From Candidatus Heimdallarchaeota archaeon (GTDB lineage: Archaea > Asgardarchaeota > Heimdallarchaeia > Hodarchaeales > Hodarchaeaceae), in the NCBI GenBank assembly GCA_020353515.1, contig CP070695.1, forward strand, positions 1,012,227-1,029,060: a stretch of 16,834 bases of DNA. The letters are read 5' to 3'. Position 1 is the first letter of the stretch. Every line of letters begins with the position of its first letter. Below the pieces are notes generated by a model. The model saw nothing but the letters and a program-made list of their open reading frames with translations. It was not told the origin of the DNA and did not search any database. Positions 1-7,693 of the stretch are shown here, one piece after another. A program made the translations under genes and the position numbers.

Positions 1-988
1 TTTGGTCTAATCTATGGTCATATTTCATAATTAAGTTGATTCCTTCCTCTCTAGTTATTTTGTTCTGTCTTACCCACCTGCTTGCAATATCTGTTGCCCT
101 TGCAAATCCAAATTTAGGATACTTCATCCAAAGATGAACAATATAAGAAATTGAATCAATCTGACCGTGATCCTCAATATTTCCTTCCCTCCTCCATTCA
201 TGATGTAAATCTTTAAATCCATATTTTTTAGCAATTTGGTAATTTCTCTCATCGTCCCAAGGTACGAAATAGCTCAAAAAAATCGGTTCTGGATTAACTC
301 TTTCTAACTCCTCTTGCGTAGGGAGAGCAATTGCATTCAATTCTTTATCCGATATACCCCTATCGAGCCAGAAATCCGTAATTTTATTTCCAAGTCTTTC
401 AGCAGCAGCACTGTGCCCTGCGAGGATATATTTTATCACACTATAATCATCTTCCGTGGTAGTTCCGTATGTATATGCTGCATTCTCGCCAAAAACAACT
501 AAAGGGATATTCAAAGCTACAGAAAATTTAAAGGGAACCGTGTATATTGCTGCTTCAATAAATCGCAGAGGTTCACCCAATTCTTCAAATCCAATTCTAG
601 TTACCCTTCTAAATAAGTCAGTGCTTATATTGAACACAATGAGGTCGCAATTAAAACTCTCCATTAGATTATTCAAATTGCTTTTACCTGCTTCTGTATG
701 TGTGAACGGATCTGTCACGCAAATTAGCAATGGGTTCATTCCCATCTGTTCTTTCATTATGTATGTCAAAAAAGTACTATCTTTTCCACCGCTGACAGCA
801 ATGACACAGTCGTAAAATCCATCTGTTCTTCTATATTTATTGCATAATGATTTTAACTCTTCAAACCTTGCAGTCCAGTCAACTCCCTTTTGTTTTTCAT
901 AATTTCGACAAGCTTGACAAATCCCATCTTCATCAAAGATAGTATGTGGTCTAGTTTCAGGCATTAAACATCTTATGCAATATTTCAT
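1..988 (-). CDS. N-acetyl sugar amidotransferase (WbuX/PseA/PtmG-like PP-loop family), 3'-truncated by window edge
   Basis: Not in the ORF track because it runs off the left edge. Manual translation from ATG at 988 gives MKYCIRCLMPETRPHTIFDEDGICQACRNYE...YDCVIAVSGGKDS...GMNPLL...IPLVVFGEN...FLSYFVPWD...WMKYPKFGFARATDIASRWVRQNKITREEG. It has the N-terminal CxxC...CxxC, the SGGKDS PP-loop and the YPKFGF motif of this family, with no stop before position 2. Confidence 0.9.
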   Translation of the reverse strand, partial: MKYCIRCLMPETRPHTIFDEDGICQACRNYEKQKGVDWTARFEELKSLCNKYRRTDGFYDCVIAVSGGKDSTFLTYIMKEQMGMNPLLICVTDPFTHTEAGKSNLNNLMESFNCDLIVFNISTDLFRRVTRIGFEELGEPLRFIEAAIYTVPFKFSVALNIPLVVFGENAAYTYGTTTEDDYSVIKYILAGHSAAAERLGNKITDFWLDRGISDKELNAIALPTQEELERVNPEPIFLSYFVPWDDERNYQIAKKYGFKDLHHEWRREGNIEDHGQIDSISYIVHLWMKYPKFGFARATDIASRWVRQNKITREEGINLIMKYDHRLDQ

Positions 989-1109
989 GAGATTTCACTT
1001 ATTATTTCATTTGTATCTTTTTAACTTGAAATTTTGGAGATTTCAAGATTTACCTATTCAAAAAACATCGAAAAAAGAGAGTTTTAATAATACTTTGCTA
1101 GAAGTTGCA

Positions 1110-1751
1110 TTACATCTTTTCAAGGAGAAACATTGAATCAACATTATCATTGTCTAAATATTTGTATTTTTTTTCTTTGATAAGTCGTAAATCACTGAAA
1201 ATATCAAGATATATCTTACTAAAGTTATTTTTCCATAATAAATCAGTATTTCCTCTGTAATTGACTACTGTACAATCCTCAGAAAAGTACTCGAATCCCC
1301 AAATGAATTTTTTTGTGCTTCTATATATTTCCTTTATTGCAAGTTCAAGATCCGATGGTGCAATGTGAATAAGAACCCCCGAAGTGAATACCAGACCAAA
1401 AAAGCCATCTTTAAACGGAATGTCAAATGCTGATCCTTGAATGATATTAATTTGTTTTGTTCTCGATTTTGAGAATTCCACAGCATATTCTTGAATTTCG
1501 ATACCATAAAGGTTTGAAAAACCCATTTTTTGTAAGCAAAGCAATTGGTTCCCAATATTTGATCCGACTTCAAGGATACGAACAGACTGGTCAAGATTTC
1601 TAATGAATTCATAATTCATATCTGTTCTAGTCAATCCATAGTTCTTTTGGTAGAGAGCTTCCATTTCTTCAAGTGAAAGGGCATTTCTGTCAGTATACTC
1701 TCGTCCGAATTCTCCAGTCCATTTCTCCATTTGTTGTGTTTTTTTATTCAT
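1110..1751 (-). CDS. Class I SAM-dependent methyltransferase, pseudaminic-acid-biosynthesis-associated methylase type
   Basis: N-terminus WTGEFGREYTDRN, SAM motif ILEVGSNIGNQL, LVFTSGVLIHIAP, EYFS, YRGNTDLLWKNNF. GAGGA lies upstream of the ATG. Located directly upstream of the amidotransferase on the same strand. Confidence 0.85.
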   Translation of the reverse strand: MNKKTQQMEKWTGEFGREYTDRNALSLEEMEALYQKNYGLTRTDMNYEFIRNLDQSVRILEVGSNIGNQLLCLQKMGFSNLYGIEIQEYAVEFSKSRTKQINIIQGSAFDIPFKDGFFGLVFTSGVLIHIAPSDLELAIKEIYRSTKKFIWGFEYFSEDCTVVNYRGNTDLLWKNNFSKIYLDIFSDLRLIKEKKYKYLDNDNVDSMFLLEKM

Positions 1752-2115
1752 TTCTATTTTTCCTCATAATTGTTAGAATGATAAATAGCTAAAGTAATTC
1801 TCTGTGATTTGTATTTATATTTAAGCAAAGTATGTTTTCATGCTTTACAAGCTTATAAGCGAGTTGTTCTTTGATTTAGCATGAGAAAGTTATAAGGGGC
1901 TAATCAAACCTGTGATGAGTTAATCTTGCTATTGAGATTACTTATTTAATTAAATTATAAATATTTCACTGGAGTCCTCATTTCTAATAAGGTTTTGATG
2001 AAATAATTTTTTACTCTGATTTATCCTTTGTCTTTTTGAATGTTTGAACTCGAAACTGGATTTCGTTATTTTGCTATTATGGAAAAAGTAAATTTAACAA
2101 AAGAAGAGATAGAAT

Positions 2116-2964
2116 ATGAAGAAAGGTGTAATAATACAAGCAAGAACCAGGTCAACGAGATTCCCCAAAAAAATACTGAAATCATTGCCATATAAATCCT
2201 CTTTGACAGTCTTAGATCAGATAATTAGAAGAGTTAAGCTGTCAGAATGTATTGATGAAATAATTATTGCAACTACAATTAATCCTGAAGATAATGAAAT
2301 AGTTGATGCGGCAAAAAGAAATAATGTTCATGTATTTCGAGGATCCGAAGAGGATGTTCTCGCTAGATATTACCATGCAGCTGTTTCAAGAGAACTAGAT
2401 CTTGTCGTGAGAATCACAAGTGATTGTCCTTGTATGGATTGGAATATTATTGACACGATGATAAAAAAGTTTGAAATTGGAACTTATGACTATTTATCAA
2501 ACACGCTTCAACGAACTTTCCCCCGTGGACTTGATGTTGAGATTTTTAGCTTTAACGCTCTGACAGAGGCCTTTAAAAAAGCTGAAGACCAAGACTTCCG
2601 AGAACATGTCTCTCCATATATTTATAAAACAAATGATTTTAGAACTGGGAATTTCGAAGCTTCTCCTTCATGTTTTGCCCCTAATATAAGAATTACTTTA
2701 GATACTCTAGCAGATTACGCGCTTATCTGTTCTGTATATGATTACCTTTATGAAAACAATCCAAATTTTATTTGTAGCGATATTGTCAAACTTTTCAAAG
2801 AAAAGAGCTGGCTATACTTCATAAATCAAGACGTAGTTCATAAAAAAATTCTCATGTCCTTAGCGGAGGAAGTAAAGGAGGCAATTAGGATATTAGAATT
2901 GCAGGATTTAGCTAAAGCAAAAGAATTCCTTGATGTGAGTTTTCGTAAACATTCCAACAAATGA
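2116..2964 (+). CDS. spsF: SpsF-like cytidylyltransferase (acylneuraminate/CMP-nonulosonate synthetase family)
   Basis: IIQARTRSTRFPKKIL nucleotide-binding loop, FRGSEEDVLARY, VVRITSDCP, TFPRGLDVEIF, REHVSPYIY and RITLDT are SpsF/CTP_transf_3 signatures. Confidence 0.85.
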   Translation: MKKGVIIQARTRSTRFPKKILKSLPYKSSLTVLDQIIRRVKLSECIDEIIIATTINPEDNEIVDAAKRNNVHVFRGSEEDVLARYYHAAVSRELDLVVRITSDCPCMDWNIIDTMIKKFEIGTYDYLSNTLQRTFPRGLDVEIFSFNALTEAFKKAEDQDFREHVSPYIYKTNDFRTGNFEASPSCFAPNIRITLDTLADYALICSVYDYLYENNPNFICSDIVKLFKEKSWLYFINQDVVHKKILMSLAEEVKEAIRILELQDLAKAKEFLDVSFRKHSNK

Positions 2965-3188
2965 TAGAAAGTGATTATCCAATTTTTCTAAAATCTTTTT
3001 CTCTTGCATTCTTCATCTTCATAAATACTTAATATTCATTCAATGAAGCATTAATAATACGTATAAGCAACTGTTATCAATTTAAGTTATGATTATTAAA
3101 AACAAAGTTTTCATAACAAGAAAATCCATAAACTAAAAATCCTAGCTAATGAAATTGAATAAAGGATATTTATTTAACTGTTACCTCA

Positions 3189-4715
3189 ATGGAAATAGCT
3201 GTTATGTCTACTGATGATATAAATGATCATGAAGTTAAACAGAGGGCCATAGCTCAGAAAAAAAAGCAAACTTCTGGATTTTTTAAATCAATGACTATTT
3301 CTTGGGGGCTAATAAAATTGAGGGGGTTAATTTTCAACAAGATTTTCACTAATTATTTAGATCAGAATGAATTTGGACGATTCAATTTTTTAATACAGAC
3401 AGCAACCTTCTTAGGAAGCTTTGGAACTTCAGGATTAAGTGGCGCAATATTTCGTTTCACTTCTGTTTATACAGAGGAGAAAAATAGGAGAAAGATTAGT
3501 AATTTGATTATTACAAGCCTGATTTTAGCAACTGGTTTCTATATCATAATAACTGGAGTGTACTTAGTTCTTGTAAGCATGGAATTTTTCAGTTTCAAAA
3601 ATTTTAATACTATAGTTGTTGTACTTGTTGGGTCTTTTGGTTTTTTTTATCTTCTCCAAAACCTATCTAATGCTTATATTCAGGCACAGCGACGATTTTT
3701 ATCTTATGTTATTGTCAATGTAGCTGTAGTTTATTCAAATCTTATTATTGCTGTATTATTTGTTTTTTTTTCAGAACCAGGAGCTAATGAACTAGTTCTT
3801 TCCTATGTATTAAGTCATGGCTTTTTCATCTCAATATATTTCTTGAAAATAATATTTGATAATGGTCTTGGATCCTTTTCTAAAGAAGAATTAACCAATG
3901 TAGTTAAGTATTCAGCCCCTACTCTAATTATCTCCCCATTCTATAACTTATTCAATTATCTACAATATTTTCTTCTCACATTTTTCGCTGGAGAACAAGC
4001 AGTAGCTTTATTTGTAATTTGTCTCTCAGTTATTGGATTTCTTAATATAATTGTGAATCCCATTTCATCTGCATTTAGTAGCCTACAATACAGTTTATTC
4101 GATTCTAATGAACATGATTACTTAAAATCATTAATTAATAAAATGACTAGAGTTTATATGGCTCTTTTGGTTCCGATAATAGTTTTATTTTGGTACAACG
4201 CTCCTTTTCTTATTGAAATCCTGTCTAATTCTGAATTTGTAAATTCAGAGACTGTTTTGGGGACTTTAATTCTAGGGTTTAGTTTTCTTTTCAAAGCTTT
4301 ACTTCATTTTACTTGTCAAGGACCATATTTTTTCAAAAAGACACCTGAAATTTCTTTACTGTATCTTCGAGCTGTAATTATTGCAGGAATATCTAGTTTG
4401 ATTATTGTACCAATATTTGGTCTCCTTGGAATGTGTACTTCCTTTTTATTACATGATTTCTTCAGGTGGTTTTTCGTATTTCCCTTTTCTCAGAAAGTTT
4501 TTCGAATTAAATATTCCTTAGTTAGAATTCTCAGCATAGGTATTCCTACGATGTTTTTTTTAACTGTAAGTCTGGTGTCTGAAATTATCTTTGGTTTACC
4601 ATCACTACTTGCATCAATTTGTGGATTATTATCCTATTTAATTATTCTCTTCAGCCTAAAAATAACAGGGGTTAATGAAACAAAACAACTAATGAGACAA
4701 CTTCTCAAAAGGTAA
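3189..4715 (+). CDS. Oligosaccharide flippase (Wzx/MOP superfamily)
   Basis: 508 aa with about 12-14 hydrophobic segments, an N-terminal 'YLDQNEFGRFNFL' (L-x3-E-F/Y-G) pattern and glycan-cluster context. The start may be ATG 3204. Confidence 0.8.
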   Translation: MEIAVMSTDDINDHEVKQRAIAQKKKQTSGFFKSMTISWGLIKLRGLIFNKIFTNYLDQNEFGRFNFLIQTATFLGSFGTSGLSGAIFRFTSVYTEEKNRRKISNLIITSLILATGFYIIITGVYLVLVSMEFFSFKNFNTIVVVLVGSFGFFYLLQNLSNAYIQAQRRFLSYVIVNVAVVYSNLIIAVLFVFFSEPGANELVLSYVLSHGFFISIYFLKIIFDNGLGSFSKEELTNVVKYSAPTLIISPFYNLFNYLQYFLLTFFAGEQAVALFVICLSVIGFLNIIVNPISSAFSSLQYSLFDSNEHDYLKSLINKMTRVYMALLVPIIVLFWYNAPFLIEILSNSEFVNSETVLGTLILGFSFLFKALLHFTCQGPYFFKKTPEISLLYLRAVIIAGISSLIIVPIFGLLGMCTSFLLHDFFRWFFVFPFSQKVFRIKYSLVRILSIGIPTMFFLTVSLVSEIIFGLPSLLASICGLLSYLIILFSLKITGVNETKQLMRQLLKR

Positions 4716-4741
4716 CCAATTACCCCCAGCTTATGTACCTC

Positions 4742-4817
4742 TGTTATAACACGATAACTACGGTCTAACCGTTGAGTGTTTTACTCACTTCCTTTTGTGA
4801 GAATCTCACGGAGGAAG
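4742..4817. other. Tandem palindromes/hairpins between convergent genes (probable bidirectional terminator or small structured element)
   Basis: TGTTATAACA palindrome (4742-4751), ACGGT-cta-ACCGT (4760-4772), TGAGT-gtttt-ACTCA (4773-4787) and CTTCCT-ttt-GTGAG-aat-CTCAC-gg-AGGAAG (4788-4817). Confidence 0.45.
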
Positions 4818-4826
4818 AAATTTGCT

Positions 4827-6458
4827 TCAGGCACATAATTTGTCTATCTGATCAACCACTCTTTTAGTCGCTTTCCCATCAACTTGATAAAGATAATTTT
4901 CTATATAGCGTTCTCTATTTGCTACAAGTTCTGAATCATCATTAAGTAAGCGTTCAACAGCTGATTTTAATTTTTCCCTACTATAAACACCAATAGCTAC
5001 ACCTTCCTCAACATAATTTACAATATCAGGTTGACCGCTCAAATTTAAAATTAGTACAGGCTTATTTAATGCTATAGCTTCCATTGCAGTAGTAGAATTT
5101 TTTGTAATAAGTAAATCAGAACAATAAAGCAGTTCAAATGTATCAGCATTTTTTGGTACAAACAATGCTTCCAAGTGATATTTATTGAGGTATTCTTCTA
5201 TCATTTTCGTATACACAATCCCTTCCCCTGGATGTTGTTTGATAATCAAGAGTGTATCTTTCAATTGGTAAAAGGTTCCAAAAACTGCATCGAAATTTTT
5301 TCTATTTTCACCAAGGTCCTTTGTATAAGGTTCTAGCTGGCATTGTGTTGCCCATAATATGATTTTTTCACGAGGACTGGTCTTGAACTTTTTACCGAGT
5401 TTTTCTTTGGAATAAAGATTATTTCCATGTATAAATATATCATATCTTGGGGATCCTGTTACAACTACTTGCTTGGGCTCATAGACGCTTTTATTAACAA
5501 GAAGATCCCTGAAATAATACCCATATACACAAGTTATGTCAGGTAACAATACAGATCCTTTGTATCGTTTATTTATCATATATGCATAATGAGTTGGGTG
5601 GATAATCCCATGTTGGAGAGCAATTGTTGGGATTTTTTCCTTTTTGCCTGCATAGACAAAAGTTCGCTCAAAAAATCCATATTCATTCAGTAGCAGTACC
5701 AAATTGGGTGTCTCTTTTTCAAACAATTGCTTAGCCATTTCTATTTGCCTAATTGAACGAGGAAAGGCCCTGGAAAAATAAAATTCAAGTTCAGTTTCGA
5801 TTGCTTTGTGCAATTTCTTTTTTTCAAAAAAAGTTAATTGTTTAAAGATTTTATCTTCTTTTATGACATTCCAAACTTTTTTAAAATGCCTAGCAGCTTC
5901 TATTTCCTCCCTCCAGCTTTTTATAGACCAATATCTGTCAAATGGGAAATGACTAATATTAGATTTCAACTTCTCAATGAATACTCTTGAACTTCTAATT
6001 GGTACTCTTCCTTTAAGAGGATAAGTTCCTATTAATTCATATTGGCCTGTGATTTGGTTTATAATTGAATCAAAAAAAGCATCAGTCTTTCTTAGCTGTT
6101 TCTTCTTATAATCTTGGATATATTTCCACTGAATATCTTGATTTATGATTAATACTTTTCTGATTTCAGGTTTATTCTTAGAACTCTTTTTTCCAATCAG
6201 TTTTATGATAGTATTTATTAAAAAGACCTTTAAATAATAAAATAATAGCTCAAAAATTCTAAATAATGGTATTAAGTGTAATTGTGATCGACTGACTAAT
6301 GTTTTTTTAGTAAATATTCTTTCTAAGAAAATCTGAAAATGGTTGTCTATAAACCACCATAACGTCAAATCCTTGTATATCGTTAGTTCAAGTAAATTTT
6401 TACCGCAACTTAGTTTTGTAGTTATAAGTGTGGTAAAGAATTTATCACGATTATCCAT
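4827..6458 (-). CDS. GT-B fold surface-carbohydrate transferase (CDP-glycerol glycerophosphotransferase / UDP-GlcNAc 2-epimerase-like); candidate nonulosonate transferase
   Basis: ALQHGIIHP, PDITCVYG, VVVTGSPRYD, IIKQHPGE (HP motif), SDLLITKNSTTAMEAIALNKPVL and C-terminal DGKATKRV. Lies near a cytidylyltransferase and a flippase. Confidence 0.65.
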   Translation of the reverse strand: MDNRDKFFTTLITTKLSCGKNLLELTIYKDLTLWWFIDNHFQIFLERIFTKKTLVSRSQLHLIPLFRIFELLFYYLKVFLINTIIKLIGKKSSKNKPEIRKVLIINQDIQWKYIQDYKKKQLRKTDAFFDSIINQITGQYELIGTYPLKGRVPIRSSRVFIEKLKSNISHFPFDRYWSIKSWREEIEAARHFKKVWNVIKEDKIFKQLTFFEKKKLHKAIETELEFYFSRAFPRSIRQIEMAKQLFEKETPNLVLLLNEYGFFERTFVYAGKKEKIPTIALQHGIIHPTHYAYMINKRYKGSVLLPDITCVYGYYFRDLLVNKSVYEPKQVVVTGSPRYDIFIHGNNLYSKEKLGKKFKTSPREKIILWATQCQLEPYTKDLGENRKNFDAVFGTFYQLKDTLLIIKQHPGEGIVYTKMIEEYLNKYHLEALFVPKNADTFELLYCSDLLITKNSTTAMEAIALNKPVLILNLSGQPDIVNYVEEGVAIGVYSREKLKSAVERLLNDDSELVANRERYIENYLYQVDGKATKRVVDQIDKLCA

Positions 6459-6697
6459 TGATGATCACTTAGAGTTTTTTAACTAATTATAATAGGAGCT
6501 TAATTAGCAAATCCATCAAATTCATCATCTTTATTTAAATCAAATTTCAAACAGAACTTTTCAATCTTTTCTGAGTAAGCCGAAAATTCTTATATCAAGG
6601 CATTATGAAAAGGAAACTTCTAATAATTCAAAAAATCTTAATTTTCATGAAAAAAGATATACTTCAGCTATTTTCACTTTCTTTAATAGATTTTCAG

Positions 6698-6720
6698 GTA
6701 AAAAAAAAGAAATTGGAGGG
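6698..6720 (-). terminator. Oligo-T, archaeal-type terminator candidate downstream of the APS/PAPS reductase
   Basis: A9 run at 6700-6708 reads as T9 within a pyrimidine-rich tract on the minus strand, about 75 nt after the stop at 6784. Confidence 0.3.
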
Positions 6721-6783
6721 AAATCTATGCTTAAAAGTATCCAATAATTAATTTTGGAATAAGGAGTTATTCATTCTTTTATA

Positions 6784-7494
6784 TTACTTCAAGGATTTAG
6801 TATGGATACCACATTCCCCGCCACATTTACTAGTTCCAATCCATCTTCCTTCTCGCTCTAATCCTGTGTCATTTACAAGAGAAGTACATGGTTCACATCC
6901 TAGGCTTCTATATCCTCTGGCATAGAAAGGATGGACAGGGATTTCATTAATAGCCATATATCGCCAGATGTCCAGTTCGGTCCATTCTAAAATTGGATTG
7001 ATTTTAGTAAGTCCATTTTTCTTCTCAATTATCTTATAATCCTTCCTAGTTCTTCCTTCCGTGTTTCTCAATCCACAAATCCATGCATCAAGGTTCATAA
7101 CCGCCTGTTTAGTAGGTTCGACTTTTAATATGCGACAACATTCATCGGGATTAGTCTTCGGAAGGTTTATATCAACAGTTTCAGTAGAAATATATTCTTC
7201 AAGATTTAAATGGTATTTCGCGATCATTTCATCTTTATAATCAAAAGTTTCTTGAGGTTTGAACGGTGTCATAACTGTAAAGATCTTTATGGTGGGATCC
7301 ACTTGCAGAGCTAGATGGACAACAACCATGCTATCCTTACCAAAGCTGCATGCAACAGCTAGTTCATCACCAAACTGTTCGATAGCATCTGAAATGATTT
7401 TTTTGGCATCTTCAACCTTTTTGGGTAGAATATTGTAGATATTTTCGTCGTTCTTTAATTCATGTTCAGCTGTAATGTTGTTAGAAAGAGCCAT
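6784..7494 (-). CDS. cysH: Thioredoxin-dependent APS/PAPS reductase, [4Fe-4S]-containing type
   Basis: ACSFGKDS, PDECCRILKVEP (CC), WICGLR, KINPILEW, GYRSLGCEPCT (CxxC), EREGRW and terminal ECGIH with the catalytic Cys. Start moved from 7578 to ATG 7494 because GGAG precedes it and the longer N-terminus overlaps the promoter boxes. Confidence 0.9.
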   Translation of the reverse strand: MALSNNITAEHELKNDENIYNILPKKVEDAKKIISDAIEQFGDELAVACSFGKDSMVVVHLALQVDPTIKIFTVMTPFKPQETFDYKDEMIAKYHLNLEEYISTETVDINLPKTNPDECCRILKVEPTKQAVMNLDAWICGLRNTEGRTRKDYKIIEKKNGLTKINPILEWTELDIWRYMAINEIPVHPFYARGYRSLGCEPCTSLVNDTGLEREGRWIGTSKCGGECGIHTKSLK

Positions 7495-7562
7495 ATGATT
7501 CTTATCTCCGAGTTCTATGGATAATAATTGTAACAACCAAGAAGTCCAAACTTGCATATTAT

Positions 7563-7660
7563 TCTTAAAACTTTCCATTTATGGTTATTTACTTACCAAA
7601 TTCAGTAGTTCAATCTTTCATCTTTACCTTTTTTGGTAAGCGGTTTAGATAAATTTATAA
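7563..7660. promoter_or_regulatory. Divergent promoter with TATA-like boxes on both strands and three TTACC-N6-GGTAA-like boxes
   Basis: Plus strand: GATAAA followed by TTTATAA (7654-7660), about 35 nt before TTG 7694. Minus strand: GGAAAG followed by TTTTAAGA (7570-7563). Boxes: TTTCC-N6-GGTTA 7572-7587, TTACC-N6-AGTAG 7593-7608 and perfect TTACC-N6-GGTAA 7624-7639. Confidence 0.5.
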
Positions 7661-7693
7661 GAAAAAGATATCTACTTCAATTCAGTGGTTTGA

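Noticed and set aside
314-815. Plus-strand ORFs 314..502 and 456..815
   Set aside because: They are antisense shadows of the motif-rich amidotransferase on the minus strand.
1334-1612. 92-aa minus-strand ORF
   Set aside because: Alternate frame inside the methyltransferase, with no recognisable motifs.
1912-2019. Possible C/D-box sRNA (GTGATGA 1912-1918, TGATGA 1996-2001, CTGA 2016-2019)
   Set aside because: Too long for a typical archaeal C/D RNA, no well-placed D' box, and the guide would be almost all A/T. Such matches are expected by chance.
4753-4770. GATAACTACGGTCTAACC resembles the 23S rRNA / I-CeuI site TAACTATAACGGTCCTAAGG
   Set aside because: The match needs two deletions over a very short stretch, and there is no flanking rRNA similarity.
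4788-4829. TGA stop of 4827..6458 followed by a hairpin, considered as selenocysteine readthrough
   Set aside because: The protein ends where GT-B homologues end, another TGA follows after six sense codons, and no SECIS consensus is evident.
6500-6589. Minus-strand 29-codon stretch EFSAYSEKIEKFCLKFDLNKDDEFDGFAN, vaguely EF-hand-like
   Set aside because: It is bounded by stops with no convincing start and is too short to call a gene or pseudogene.
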